Assembly (NCBI GenBank): GCA_964016885.1 | Contig: OZ024743.1 | Coordinates: forward strand, 268,956,001-269,020,000 | Direction of reading: 5' to 3' | Source: Eledone cirrhosa | Taxonomy: Eukaryota | DNA: 64,000 bases | Shown here: in pieces, positions 1-18,029 of the stretch | Layout: each line of letters opens with the position of its first letter | Numbering within the stretch: position 1 is the stretch's first letter | Translations under genes and position numbers: made by a program | Notes under the pieces: model-generated | The model's database searches: none | What the model saw: the letters and a program-made list of their open reading frames with translations, nothing else | Told to the model about the DNA's origin: nothing

Positions 1-879
1 AAGATATCGTACCAATGTAGGAGACCATAGACCTCCTTTTCATCTTGAGCGATTGTTCGGCTCATTATTAATCGCTCATGAGTTCAAATCCAGTTAACTT
101 TGCCTTTCATCCTTACGGGGTCGATAAAATAAAGTACCAGTCACGACTTCCCCTCCCCCAAATTGCTGGCCTTGTGCCTATATAAGAAACCATTATTAAT
201 CGATCATTTTGTACGTTCTTTTTTTCTTTTTTTTCTTATGTAAACTCCTTTCTAGTTTTAAACATCCATCCGCGGACACTTAATTCCTGATAAATTCGTA
301 AGGACACCATCGTGACAAACAGCGTGTTTTGGGCAGTTTAAACCTTGCGAAACTTAATCATTCTTCAGGACTAAGCGTAACCAATTACTTCCAGAGAAAG
401 CGGAGAGAAGGTAAGAAAGAGATGGGGGGGGGGAGAAGGAGAGGCAGAAGAAGGAAAAGCATTCTCACCGACCTCGTAACGACTCTGCCAATTCACCACC
501 TCAGTTTTAATCTTTTTGATACCAAACCGCTGGAAACTACCCCTGGTTCTACGATATAAAACTGTTTGTTTGAAGGAGTTTATGTTTATCTGAAATCCTA
601 TCATGTTGCTATGCAAGAACCTTTGTTAAGTAATGCTCAAAACACCAGCTTAGTAATGAGAAAGTTAGTTATATTACTAGGTCCTCCAAATTTTTCATTT
701 GAAAATCATAGGCAACATTTTTCATTTGAAATATCTATCCAAGAGACTTCCCTCATAGTTTTAGGTAATGACCTTTGTTAAGTTATATTCCAATATAATC
801 TTATCTGGCCGAGTTTACACTTTCAAATAAGAAGAACCAGGGCCGCCTCTAGGAGCGTTGGATTTGATGTACTTCATAT

Positions 880-1220
880 TTGTTTCTGTTGCTAAATACA
901 ATCAGGAGTCGCTGCTTCTTCTGAAGGTCAATAGTTCTCTTCTAACTCGAGCGGGAGCGCCTTGCCTTTGCATTGATCATCTGCAAAGCCACATTGTTCT
1001 CAGGAGCACTACACCAGTCTTTCGATGTATGTATCTGGAACTACTGCCACCCATTGATTTGGCAGGATCTCAACTCATTTCTACAGCTGAGTAAGCTGGA
1101 GCAACGTGAAATAAAGTGTCTTGCTCAAGGACACAACACATCACCCGATCATTGAATCGAACTCACAACCTTTCGATTGCAAGCCCAATGCTCTAACCAC
1201 GAAGCCATGCGCCTTCACTT
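880..1220 (-). mobile_element. tRNA-derived SINE (GTGTCCTTGAGCAAGACACTT core); head-only copy 25085-25165, degenerate copies ~9690-9850, 11005-11210, 17845-18010
   Basis: A box TGGCTTCGTGGTTAGAG, B box GAGTTCGATTC, conserved core motif. Confidence 0.75.
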
Positions 1221-1795
1221 ATGTTCCAAACATCAGCTTAATAAGGCGAAAATTAGTTATATTACTAAATACATTCAAATTCTTGATTATTTTCGTTAAA
1301 AATATGGTCATGAAAGGGATAAACATTACAAAAATTAAAAGAAAAAAAAAGACTATCATTGCATGGAACACGAAATCAGTATTAATCGGTCAAACTTCAA
1401 CTTGCTGGAATCTATTTATCACTTTCATAGCTCATTGCTGTCCATTACCGTGGTTACAATCCAATGTGTTATTATAATTTGAAGTCTTATGTAAACATAT
1501 TTTCATGCATATTGACTTCCGTAAATTACTGTTCAAAGACTTTATGTGCCAGGATTAAATATGTCCTTGTTAAATCGCTAATTCCTTTTCTGCACAAGTT
1601 TAGATAATCTTTATCTCGACCAGGAACAAAGAATATATTTCTACCACACATTTCACCCCCCCCCCCCTCACCACATCACTACCCACATATTTTCTGTTTC
1701 TTTCCATTTCTGTTTAAATCTCTATATTTTTCTCTCTTCATATATCTCTCTCTGTTTCTTTTTCTTTATATATATAAGAAAATACAAGCTCATGT

Positions 1796-1873
<78 letters not shown>

Positions 1874-1877
1874 ATAT

Positions 1878-5949
<4,072 letters not shown>

Positions 5950-6122
5950 ACTGTTATAGAAACACGTGTCAATAAATTCCTTTCAACTAAACTGTATCCA
6001 TTCAAATCTTTCTATTTTTCTCCGGATTACTTTTGGAACTACAACTGGAACCGTCGAGCAAACTCTACGTGAGCTGTCAATCTACTGTGTGTAATATTTA
6101 TATTACAACACAACGGAAAATA

Positions 6123-6223
<101 letters not shown>

Positions 6224-6252
6224 GTGTATTATATATATATATATATTATATA

Positions 6253-6309
<57 letters not shown>

Positions 6310-6315
<6 letters not shown>

Positions 6316-6628
6316 TTAGGGAAGCAGAAAATTGCTTATTGTGATCCAGTTCGTGGCCAAGAAAGCCAGTTTCATGGACGGTTTCAACGTACGTTTAGGG
6401 GTAACTCCACAAGTTTGTAAGAATTCCGTTCAATCTTGGAGTATATAGTATAAAAGAGAAAACACAGGTAAGCATTAAGAGAAGGATTTTATCCAGGTAT
6501 TTACGACCGTTTCATTGGTAAGTGCAACCTTATATTGCTATACTCCAAATACTAATGAAACGGTCGTAAATACCTGGATAAAATCCTTCTCTAAATGCTT
6601 ACCTGTGTTTTCTCTTTTATACTATATA
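6310..6628 (-). mobile_element. Fold-back mini-element (family E) with hammerhead 3' half
   Basis: ~78-bp inverted arms 6443-6520/6550-6627; GAAA-CGGUCG-UA at 6557-6568. Confidence 0.75.
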
Positions 6629-7043
6629 TATATATATTATATATATGTGTATTATATATACGTATATATAATTTTGTATATATATATACAAGCATACACA
6701 ATCACGTACACATTTGTATAATCTTATTGAAAGGATGTTACTGATGTTTACGCGTGGGTAACGATGATAATCTTGTATGTTAAAATATTTTAGATCTCAT
6801 TTATAATTCCGTTGTATTTTAAAGGATTGATACTTGTCGAAAGAATTAAATTAAGAAGTGATATCTTACTATATTAGACATTTTCTGGAAGGAACATAGA
6901 TCTGTAAGTTTTAAGCAGCTGACAGGATATCTTAAAAGGTTAAAAGTTCAGCTACTTTCAGGGTAAAGATGAAGAAAACCTCAGTATGTGTTTAAACATT
7001 ATAAACTAAAAATAGACCAGCTCAATACACACACACACATACA

Positions 7044-7380
<337 letters not shown>

Positions 7381-7536
7381 CAAGGTTTAGCAAATAAGAA
7401 AAAGTTTCAAAATAAATTTAAAAAAATGAACTTTACTTACTATGGTTACCTTTACCGAAACGGTTTCGAGTCATTGGCATATGGTTGGACAATACATGTG
7501 TCCCTTAGCGCCTTGTGCGTGTAGGAACATATACTC

Positions 7537-7613
<77 letters not shown>

Positions 7614-7855
7614 AATATAAATTTACCGAGAATCGCATTTCGGCGGGTAGAAATTAGCGAAACGCAACTTCCATATTGTGCAGACAAGCGCTCCATGGAT
7701 ATGAAGAAGATGATACCAGAACTATAAACATAAGTTAAAATGGTCATACACGCTGAGACGATGGTTAAGAAGCCATTAACCACCATAGCCAAAAAAGCGA
7801 ACAAGCTAAACGGGTCAAACAAAATGAGATATGATTGAAATATTTACCCGGACCC

Positions 7856-7931
<76 letters not shown>

Positions 7932-8021
7932 TTGTATGTAAAATGTAAACAGAAATAACACAACCAGTACAGTATATGGAAGGTATATATTAGGTTAGCG
8001 CTTGATATAGCAGGAAGAGGG

Positions 8022-8057
8022 TCTTAACGTTTCGGACGCTACTCCTTCATCAGAAGA
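8022..8057 (-). ncRNA. Minimal (dimer-type) hammerhead ribozyme
   Basis: UCUU-CUGAUGA-A GGA GUAGCG UCC-GAAA-C GUU-AAGA; stem III is the loopless palindrome ACGU, as in PLE minimal HHRs. Confidence 0.7.
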
Positions 8058-8117
8058 AAGAAATAGAAATAAAATAGATTGAGGGGACGGGCGGGTTGGA
8101 ATTGGAAAAAATGTCTT

Positions 8118-8194
<77 letters not shown>

Positions 8195-8195
<1 letters not shown>

Positions 8196-8495
8196 TAAAA
8201 TGGAAAACGAAGAATCAGTGATGCATCGGAACTCAATTTATTACGTATTACAAATGTTTCTCCAGCGAACAGCTCGACGTGCGATCTGTTTGTGGATCGA
8301 ACCTGACTCTGGATTCGATCCACAAACAGATTGCACCTCGAACTGTTCGCCGGAGAAACATTTGTAATACGTAATAAATTGAGTTCCGATGCATCACTCA
8401 TTCTTTGTTTTCCATTTTATCATACTCTGTTCCGAAGGAGCATAGAGTGCTCAACCGGCATACCGCCTATGGACGCATCCTAGCAGCCATATGAC
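8195..8495 (+). mobile_element. Fold-back mini-element with hammerhead 3' half
   Basis: ~107-bp inverted arms 8195-8301/8314-8420; GAAA-CAUUUG-UA at 8355-8366; tail with GAGTGCTC. Confidence 0.75.
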
Positions 8496-8496
8496 A

Positions 8497-8744
8497 TTTA
8501 TATGTAAAGTATTTCCGTAGAAAAGGGAAAGGAAAGAAGAATGCTCTATGTATTGTACAGAGCTATTTAATTACATAATAAACAACACAATATAATTATT
8601 CCATTACCAAAAGTTTTAAGAAACCAGACGATCCTTATCTAGATAACTATTTCATCTGATGAACGGGTCGGACGTTTCTGTAAGTATCGTCTAGTTTCTT
8701 GAAACCTTTGGTAATGGAATAATTATATTGTGTTGTTTATTATG

Positions 8745-8750
<6 letters not shown>
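8497..8750. mobile_element. Family C fold-back element
   Basis: Inverted arms 8568-8632/8685-8750; left tail similar to 41015-41085. Confidence 0.75.
8648..8721 (+). ncRNA. Type I hammerhead ribozyme (family C relative)
   Basis: UAUUUCAU-CUGAUGA-(38-nt imperfect stem II)-GAAA-CCUUUGG-UA-AUGGAAUA. Confidence 0.7.
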
Positions 8751-8805
<55 letters not shown>

Positions 8806-8809
<4 letters not shown>

Positions 8810-8980
8810 GTTTCTACTTTTGGCACAAGGCCAGCAATTACCCAGTGCATTACTGGTACTTTATTTTATCGACCCCATAAGGATGAAAGGCAAAGTTAAC
8901 CTCGGCGGGATTTGAACTCAGATCATAAAGGGGCGTAACTCTATGCTACAAAGCATGGCGTCCGACTCTCTACCGATAAT
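8806..8980 (-). mobile_element. Same SINE family (further copies ~80-200+, 9885-10080+, 10760-10920-, 25367-25540+, 30497-30572-, 31960-32090+, 33880-34050-, 34763-34865-, 58468-58655-, 58670-58762-, 62045-62252-, 62955-63135+)
   Basis: Shared core CTGGTACTTTATTTTATCGACCCC..AAGGATGAAAGGCAAAGTT and B box. Confidence 0.85.
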
Positions 8981-9409
8981 GACCTTTACATTACTAAAAC
9001 TGTTTCATTCGCATGGATGAAACAGTTTTAGTCATGTAGAAGCTATTTCTATATTAAATCACACACACATATATATAGAGAGAGAGAGAGAGGGAGAAAA
9101 GAAATAGGATTTCGCTTCAAGCATAGCTTTACACAATATGTATAGAAACTTCGTATTTCGAAAGAAATACGATTTTAGGAAGCCGTAGCTATGCGAACAC
9201 CGGGGGACTAACGCCCTCTGGTGTTGTCCTGCAGAAGCAAGGGGGACAACCGTCTATGCATTTCAGGCTTGACTGGCCATCGTCAGGACTATCTTCCCAC
9301 TGCTCTGCGACTGCTGGACTTGAAAACAGCCGAGAATATATAGTTTTCTCGTCTGTGTAAATGAGGTGATTAATCTCATTTGCATATGAAGCTGCATAAG
9401 TTGGCTCAA

Positions 9410-9460
<51 letters not shown>

Positions 9461-10367
9461 ACACACACATATGTATATAAATATACACACACACATATAA
9501 TAAGTTGAATGTTTTTGTTCGCTGTCACACTAAGACAACGAAAGAAAGAGACAATGAATATGAGAATTCAAAAAAAGAACGGGTTAGAGTAAGCCGTTAC
9601 CTCCATGTTACTCTAAGCAATCTTTCTATATTGATCAATAACGATGGAGCACTTGAAATATTCAAAGAACACGTTGTTTTACTATTCTGTTATTTAAGTC
9701 ATTAGACTGCTGCCATGCTAGGGCACCACCTTGAATTAGTTGATCAAATCGATAGTAGAAGATTCTTACCTTAGATACCGCCACGTAGCAGGACAGAACT
9801 CAGAACCAAGCAGTTGTAAAGTAACTCCATAACCACACAACCATGATTACACAGTTTTACTGTTTATGTTAGGACAAATGTCAGGTCTGTGGTTTGGCAG
9901 TATCGGTAGAGCGACGGACAATATGCTTTATGCCATAGAGTTACGCCACTTTATGATCTAACTTCAAATCCTGCCGAGGTTAGCTGTGCCTTTCATCCTT
10001 GCGGGGTCGATAAAATAAAGTACCAGTAATGTACTGAGGTCGATTTAATCGACTTTCCCCTCCCAAACCAATATTATAACAAACGTACTTCTGGATAATG
10101 AAAACAACATGCAAATCTTTCTGTCGTGTCTTGTTTTATTAATAAATAAAAGTAATGAGCATTTAACTTCCAGATAGAGTCGTAGGGGTGCTGTCTTCAC
10201 ACATGGCATGTCTGGCACATTTTAAACTCGGTTGAGCCCAATATTTTCAAGGTAGAACACGACCAAATTCTTCCAGAGAGGGTGAGGGAGAAAGAGTGAG
10301 AGAGAAAGAGCGAGAGGGACTGAGAGGAAGTGTGGGGGAGTGAGGAATATATATATATATATATATA

Positions 10368-10590
10368 TAAATAAAATAAAATAACAGGAGGCTGGACTGG
10401 TGTAAATCCTTGAAAGTCCAGCCTCCTGTTATTTTATTTTATTTTATTTATAATTAACTCCGTATTCCCAACACCAACTACACAAGCGAAGACGAGTGAA
10501 TTGCACTACGTTGAGTACTCTCCACAATATTACACCAAGATTGACCATACGGAATGACCAATTCTATCCAGTGGTGAACCAACAAACCTA
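10368..10590 (+). mobile_element. Fold-back mini-element in (TA)n
   Basis: ATAAAATAAAATAACAGGAGGCTGGACT...AGTCCAGCCTCCTGTTATTTTATTTTAT plus tail with GAGTACTC. Confidence 0.6.
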
Positions 10591-11254
10591 TATATATATA
10601 TAAATTCAGGACCCCGACGGCTGAGCTCTTGCCGTTTTAACAGTTAGATCCGAACGGATCTAACTGTTGAAACGGCTGGAGCTCAGTCATGAACAAGTTT
10701 GATGTTTTTATTTTGGAGGTCCGTTCTCATATCTATAGTTTGAGAGAGAGAGAGAAAATCGATCCCAGTATTTTACTGGTACTTTATTTATCGACCCATG
10801 AAAAGAGGAAAGGCAAAGTAGACCATGCTGGGAATTGAACTCAAAGCGCAGTTAGCCAGAACAAATACCGAAATATTTTTAATTCGATGCCTTAACGACA
10901 CTTCCATTCCTCCGCCTTTTTACTATAATAAGTCGAATATAAAATGAAAATCCGAAACAGAATTAGTGAAATTGTTCATATACTGTTACACGTGAAGCTA
11001 CGTAGCCCTACAGGTTATGGTGGTCGGCACATTTAAACACTAATTTCGTGCGTTCGATTCCCATCAGACTTTCTATCCTTGAGTAAGATATTTTATCTCC
11101 GGTTCACTCAGCAGACAAAAATGATTGGATTAACAGGTACAACTCATTTTTGTACAACTCATCGGCCTTATCACACAATGTATCTCGTCGAATCTCCCTG
11201 AGAAATGGGCTAATAACACTACAAACAACAGGAATTTAAAAAATGTCACGAACA

Positions 11255-12000
11255 ATACCACCACCAACACCACCACTACCACCATCATCACCCACAACAA
11301 TACCACCAGCTATAGTACCACTACCAACACCACCAACAATACCAAGCAACAGCCCCACTACCACCGACACCATCACCGACAACAATTTCATCAGCTACAC
11401 CACCACCAACACCATCATCACCAACAACAATCCGACCAGCAACACCTCCTCCACACCACCAACAACACCACCACTACCGTCGACACCATTCCCAACATCA
11501 CCATCACTACCACTAACATCCTCACCAACAATACCACCAACAACACCACCACTACCACCAACACCATCACCAACAACGCAATCATCAAACACCAACACCT
11601 TCAATACCAACAGCAACACAACCACTACCACCAATACCACCACCAACAACAATACCACCATCAACACTACCACTACCACCAATACCATCACCAACACCAA
11701 CACCTTCAATACCACCAACAACACAACCACTACCACCAATACCACCACCAACAACAATACCACCAACAACAATACCACCAACAACAATACCACCAACAAC
11801 ACAACCACTACCACCAATACCACCACCATCAACACTACCACCATCAACACCACTACCAACACCAACACCAACACCAATACCAACACCTTCAATACCACCA
11901 GCAACACAACCACTACCAGCATCACTACCAGCAACACCAGCACAACCAACATTGTTACAGCACCACAACTAAAGCTATCATATCACCATCTCACCACATC
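11255..12000. repeat. (ACC/AAC)n low-complexity tract
   Basis: Degenerate trinucleotide repeat. Confidence 0.9.
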
Positions 12001-12150
12001 ACTGTTGCCGCTATAAGTCAGCAACCTTCAGCCAAGTCAGCGAGAAAGAAAGAGAGGAGAAAGGAGAGCGGGGGAGGGTTTGTATGTCTGAGATACAGAG
12101 ATAGAGAAAGAGGGAATACGCGTGCGTGTGAGTGTGAGAGTGTGTGTGTA

Positions 12151-12256
<106 letters not shown>

Positions 12257-12460
12257 ACAGAGAGAGAGCAAAAAGGCTTTAATGGAACTATTTTCTGGTA
12301 TGGCTGCAGCAGTAGTGTTCAGAAGAGCAGAATATCAAGTTAGCCTCTTCCATCCTCCGTCATACAACACCAATATATTACATACACTTCTGTATACATC
12401 CATGCATACAATTGTATGTATGTAAGTATTATATATTTATGTAATATATTATATACATAA

Positions 12461-12502
<42 letters not shown>

Positions 12503-12653
12503 GTGTATATATGTATATATATATTTGTATGTATATATATTTATATATATATACATATATATATATATATACATATATACATATAAATGTATATACATAT
12601 ATATATATATATAATTATATATACATACAAATATATATATATATATATATATA

Positions 12654-12854
12654 TAGGAACGAGTAGGACCCCGACGGCTGAGCTCAAGCCGTTTCGACGG
12701 CTAATTCGGGACTAAATTAGTCCAAAATTAGCCGTCGAAACGGCTTGAGCTCAGCCGTCGGGGTCCTACTCGTTCCTATTACTCACTCTACTACCCTAAG
12801 TATTGAGTACTCTGGTGCGTTATGGTCCATCTGGTTCCTTACCACATTTCCTTC

Positions 12855-12856
<2 letters not shown>
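12654..12856 (+). mobile_element. Family B fold-back mini-element
   Basis: Inverted arms centred ~12717; tail to 12856. Confidence 0.85.
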
Positions 12857-12894
<38 letters not shown>

Positions 12895-12918
12895 ATATAT
12901 ATATGTATATATATATAC

Positions 12919-12957
<39 letters not shown>

Positions 12958-12962
12958 CACAA

Positions 12963-13010
<48 letters not shown>

Positions 13011-13054
13011 TTATATATATATATATTTATATATATATATATGTATGTATATAC

Positions 13055-13098
<44 letters not shown>

Positions 13099-13225
13099 CC
13101 CGAGTTCAATCGGGGGTAACCACAGTAAGTAAGGTACTCAATACATAGCAGAGTATAAATATTTAATACAGAAATGGTTTCTACAGGACTAGAACTGTTT
13201 CATTCCTTCAGATATATATATATAT

Positions 13226-13468
13226 ATTCCTTACCACAATTCCTTTGTTATATATATATATATATATAATAAAGGAATTGTGGTAAGGAACCAGATGGAC
13301 CATAACGCACCAGAGTACTCAATACTTAGGGTTGTAGAGTGGGAAATAGGAAAAAGTATGACCCCGACGGCAGAGCTCAAGCCGTTTCGACGGCTATTTC
13401 TGAACTCAATCCAGAAATAGCCGTCGAAACGGCTTGAGCTCTGCCGTCGGGGTCATACTTTTTCCTAT
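13226..13468 (-). mobile_element. Family B fold-back mini-element (subfamily GGAAAAAGTATGACCCC) with extra inverted tail copy
   Basis: Arms centred ~13406; 13226-13250 is an inverted copy of 13268-13290. Confidence 0.82.
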
Positions 13469-13743
13469 ATATATATATAGGGTGTCCCAAAAGATGTATA
13501 CACATTTAAGTTATCTGCTGGTGAAGTGTGTATACATCTTTTGGAGACACCTTGTATATATATATATATGTGTGTGTGTGTAACAGAAATTCTTTGTCAG
13601 AAGCCTGGAAGCTTTCGGTTACACTTCGGTGACGTATGTGTAATGATAATCCAAATGAGCGAAAACAGTGAATGTGTGCATATGAATGTATGTACATATA
13701 TATGTATATGTGTGTGTATGGGTATGTGTGTGTGTGTGTGTGT

Positions 13744-13806
<63 letters not shown>

Positions 13807-13893
13807 CGTGTGTGTGTGCGTGTGTGCGTGTGTGCGTGTGTGTGTGTGTGTCTGTGTGAGTGAGAATATACATTAACTAAGAGAGGAAGGAAG

Positions 13894-13919
<26 letters not shown>

Positions 13920-13931
<12 letters not shown>

Positions 13932-14776
13932 TGTGGTTGTCTGTCTGTCTATCGATTTTTGGCACACATCTCCTCTTAGAATCTCTGACGGAATTGCACC
14001 GAAATTGCTATACTTGTACATTGAGCCCTAGCGAAGACATCGGAAAAAAAAAATTTCAAATTGACCCACCCTATGTGACGAAATCGAATATAATGTATCG
14101 ATTTTTGAGCGTAAGTTATCAGTTATTTCCCTTTGTTCTGTTTACATTGAGCGTCTTACGTAAAAAATTACGCTGGCTTTCTCAGCGTTTAAAATGACAT
14201 TAACACAATACACGAACACTAAGCTTCCGTTTTGCTTCATTTCCATTTAAAAGCATTTTAAAACAATATTTTTACTAGAAAACAAGTCTATTTAAAGACT
14301 ACGTAAAACAAGCAAATATTTCGTCGTTAGGCGTGCAGACAGACAGTCGTGCAGACAGACAGTCGTGCAGAGAGGTGATATAGGCGTGCAGACAGACAGT
14401 CGTGCAGAGAGGTGATATAGGCGTGCAGACAGACAGTCGTGCAGAGAGGTGATATAGGCGTGCAGACAGACATAACTGATAATTTGGTTACGCTAATGTT
14501 TTTCTCTGCGTTGCAGTGTTTACATTTTCGATCTTTGTTAATAAATAACCAGTGCAGTTTCTATCCCCAGCATCCTCTTTTGTTATAACATTCGGGTTAT
14601 CGTTATGTTTTCTTAACTTCATAAGGCATATTGTTGGTTGAGGGAATATTAATCAAAAACACCACATGCAAGTCTGCACAGTAGACACTACAGTTTTTAA
14701 GCCAAGAAAGAAACTTAACATTGTAACTTTAACACAGCTACTGAGCGACCCCGAGCAACGCCGGGCTTTACTGCTA

Positions 14777-14778
<2 letters not shown>
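13920..14778 (+). mobile_element. Non-autonomous Helitron/HINE-like element
   Basis: 5' TATATAAAACTG..GTCTGTCTGTC; internal ~30-bp tandem repeat 14330-14470; 3' GC-rich CCCGAGCAACGCCGGG followed by CTAG. Confidence 0.7.
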
Positions 14779-14842
<64 letters not shown>

Positions 14843-14844
<2 letters not shown>

Positions 14845-16262
14845 TAGCAGAATGGCCGGCGTTGCTCGGGCTTCTAAACATAGATTGGCATGTTTATCCC
14901 TCCTTTCTGAAACAGTACAGAGAAGTACGGAATACCTCGGCCAGGGGATGGTGTCTACATTTTGTACTTAGGCAAATAATTTTCCATTAAGATTTTTCAA
15001 AAGCATGTAATTGCGTTCCCTCTCTTTTTTGTTGTTGTTTTTGCTGCTGTTGGTGTGATAGCAGCCGTTGGTCGTACTACTAACACAGTCTCGTCCTTCT
15101 TCAGCCAATCATGTATATCCCCTTCTGCCTCGTCTACCTAAACAATGATTGTAGCGCCTCGTTGTTCACAATGTTACTTGTTCTTCCGTGTCGGGCATAT
15201 GCAAAGAGATTTGTCTTGCTTCCCACTCTTGAGCAGCCAACGTATAGTTGCCCGTATGAAAAACATGCCTCTTCCAAAAGAAGACCAGCAACAGCTAGGG
15301 TCTGACCCTGGGATTTGTTGATAGACATTGCAAAGCGAATAGTTCGTTGGTTGTCTGTTTCAAGTGCTCTTCTTGTGGCAGTACGTTCAGCATCTTGCGA
15401 CCGTCGAATAGCAGATTCCACTGACGATTCGTTTGCCCGCCTTGTTCTTTTTCTTGCCACTTTCGCAGTATTCGGCCAATGGAGTATCTCTTCTTTCGAC
15501 GCATGACCTAAAAGCAGGACGAAGTACACTAAGACTAACTGGTAGAGTAAGGAGTAAACTCGTCAGTGATGCATGTGATTTCCGAACCGTTGAATATGTA
15601 GTTGCTGGCCTTGTGCCAAAAGTAGTGGGACTTTTTGGGTGGCATATCGGCATTAACAATAACCATAAGCCGTCTGTGCTTTCGTGAAATAAATACGTTT
15701 GTTTATATTTTGAGTTTGTGTATGCAAAAATATCTGTACACGAATATATAATTATATATATATTAAAATAACAGATTAAAGTTTAAGCAAAGAATCGCTG
15801 CTTTCACTCTTAACGGGATCTTCTGAAACTAAAAAAAATCAATCTGTGAACGCAGAAGTAAATATTTCGAAAAACGTTGCAACCGAAGGAAAACAGGAAG
15901 GCGATACTTTGGTTCATGAAGACGTTCCCTGGCAATGAACGGAAAATAGCGAAGATAATGCGTCAGCAATGAGAACATTTTTTGTCATAATGTCGTAATG
16001 CAGACAGCCAGACATACAGACAGATATTATAAGGTCGTGACGTTATAGCTATGTATCTATCTAAAAAGACAGACTAAGAAAGTGAGAGAGATCGATAACC
16101 GGCGCCTAACACGCCTTTAACAACAGAAAATTGAAAAATAAAAGCTGCAGTTAATATCTTTAGACTGCAAGTTTGATGTCAATCGGAGTAGAAATGTGGA
16201 TTTGTATAGACTTTGCAAAAATTAGGACACATACACACACAGACAATTTCAGTTTTATATAT
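14843..16262 (-). mobile_element. Internally deleted Helitron
   Basis: 3' end CCCGAGCAACGCCGG...CTAG on minus; PIF1 helicase C-terminus FAMSINKSQGQTL...CFSYGQLYVGCSRV (15134-15340) fused to N-terminal-like RRSQDAERTATRR; 5' end similar to 13920. Confidence 0.8.
15760..15975 (-). mobile_element. PLE pLTR fragment inserted in the Helitron derivative
   Basis: Similar to 1970-2170 (ATTAAAATAACAGATTAAAGTTTAAGCAAAGAATCG...). Confidence 0.85.
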
Positions 16263-16912
16263 ATGTATAGATATATATATATGTCAGTGTCTATTATAAT
16301 CTCAATCACACAACTCGACAGTGCTAGAAACAGTAGCCGAATATTTTATCGGACACCATGTCACAATTCCGATGTCATCAAACTGACAAAAACTCATAAT
16401 TAATTACTGATAACATCAAGTCAGGATTTTAAGTGGGGTTTCCAGTGCCTTGAGAGTAGCATTTGGTAGACGGAAACTATATATATATATGTATATATAT
16501 TATGAGTATATGTTGGTTGTTGATTCCTCAGAGAAATAACAACACAACCAGGAGCTGGACATATCGATGTATTGACGGAGTAAAATACACTTCAACAACA
16601 TGTGTACCTGTCTTTCCCACACCAATTCGGACTGCCTGAAGAGGTCACAGCCAATGATGGCTGTCACCGAAATATATATAACAATATATGTATAATTTAT
16701 AATAAACGAAGCCAAATTTTACATATTTGACTTAATTATTTTATATGTATATATATAGACAGCTAATCTTCCATAAAAGCACATTGCTAGGCTTATGCCA
16801 GGGAGGGGAACTTTTCTTGTTGCAAAATTCATGGCCATTCGTGTGTCTTTGCCATTTATACAAATAAATAAATACACACACACACAGACACACACACACG
16901 CGCGCGCGCGCA

Positions 16913-16988
<76 letters not shown>

Positions 16989-17014
16989 ACCACTACCACC
17001 ACCACCATATATAT

Positions 17015-17085
17015 ATCATCAGGAAAGCCCTGATGATTTCTTTCGAGTGAAGCAGTTCTAGTCCTGTAGAAGCCATTTTTATATA
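17015..17085 (+). ncRNA. Degenerate family A hammerhead with short inversion
   Basis: ATCATCAGG aaagc CCTGATGAT...GAAG CAGTTCTAGTCCTG TA GAAGCC. Confidence 0.6.
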
Positions 17086-17088
17086 AAT

Positions 17089-17170
<82 letters not shown>

Positions 17171-17354
17171 TGTGTGTTTGTGTGTTTGTGTGTGTTTGTG
17201 TGTGTGTGTGTGTGTCAATTTTTCGGAGGTCACTTCTTGTAACAACTTCGGTGAAAATTTGGCAGTTTTGTGTGTAGCACCAGCTGAACTCTGATGACGT
17301 TTTCTTCTAATAAACTTTTTAAAATTTACTGTTTTATTCCGGTCTTATATATTT

Positions 17355-17810
17355 ATAACAATCCATCTATTCGGCTCAAATACCCCGCTAAGTCTGATTT
17401 AGGTAGGCTTAGTAAAAGAATTTTAGATAGAATTATACCCCAAATCTGAGATATGGCCCCTTTAGCCACGTGGAATAATTCTTTCGCGGTGATTGATTGG
17501 GTTAGGGCCATACATAAGAAAGAACATTGCCGCTTTATCCAAATCGACATCTACAACTATTATTCTTCCATCACCTTACCACTCCTTCTTGGGGCTATTA
17601 ATTTCACCAAAATGCTTATGGAAAGTAAGGATTTCGAAGTTTATGTCATTTTAAATGCCCGTCAGTTTGTGATAAACTTTGACAATTCTATTTTGTTAAA
17701 TAAATCAAATAGTATCACCTTTGACGCGCTTTGGAGCCAGTGATTCGGCGGAGGCCACATATATTAGTCTTCTTTTACTATTTTCAATCAAGGATCAATT
17801 TCCGATTATA
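17355..17810 (+). pseudogene. Degenerate RT fragment of a related PLE
   Basis: NPSIRLKYPAKSDLGRLSKRILDRIIPQI*DMAPLATWNNSFAVIDW...FIQIDIYNYYSSI, homologous to copy 1, with a stop and a frameshift. Confidence 0.88.
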
Positions 17811-18029
17811 TTTTGAATGTTATATCGAATAATACTCCCTATAGACTCAGCATGGCTTTGTGGTTAAGGACTTCACTTCGAAACTTCGTGATTCTAACTT
17901 CAGTTCCGCTGCTTTGTACCCCGAGTTGGTGTCTTTTGCTATTGTGTTGGGTTGACTAATGCCTTAAGAGTGGAATTTGGCAGACGGCAACTGCAGAAGC
18001 CCGTTGTATTTAGACGTATGATGCTTCAA

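Noticed and set aside
11243-12016. 257-aa Thr/Pro/Asn-rich mucin-like ORF
   Set aside because: Trinucleotide low-complexity tract open in several frames; no domain, signal peptide or splice support.
17291-17330. Isolated CTGATGA (also at ~33148-33154 minus, 33581 and 42235)
   Set aside because: No compatible GAAA, stem III or stem I.
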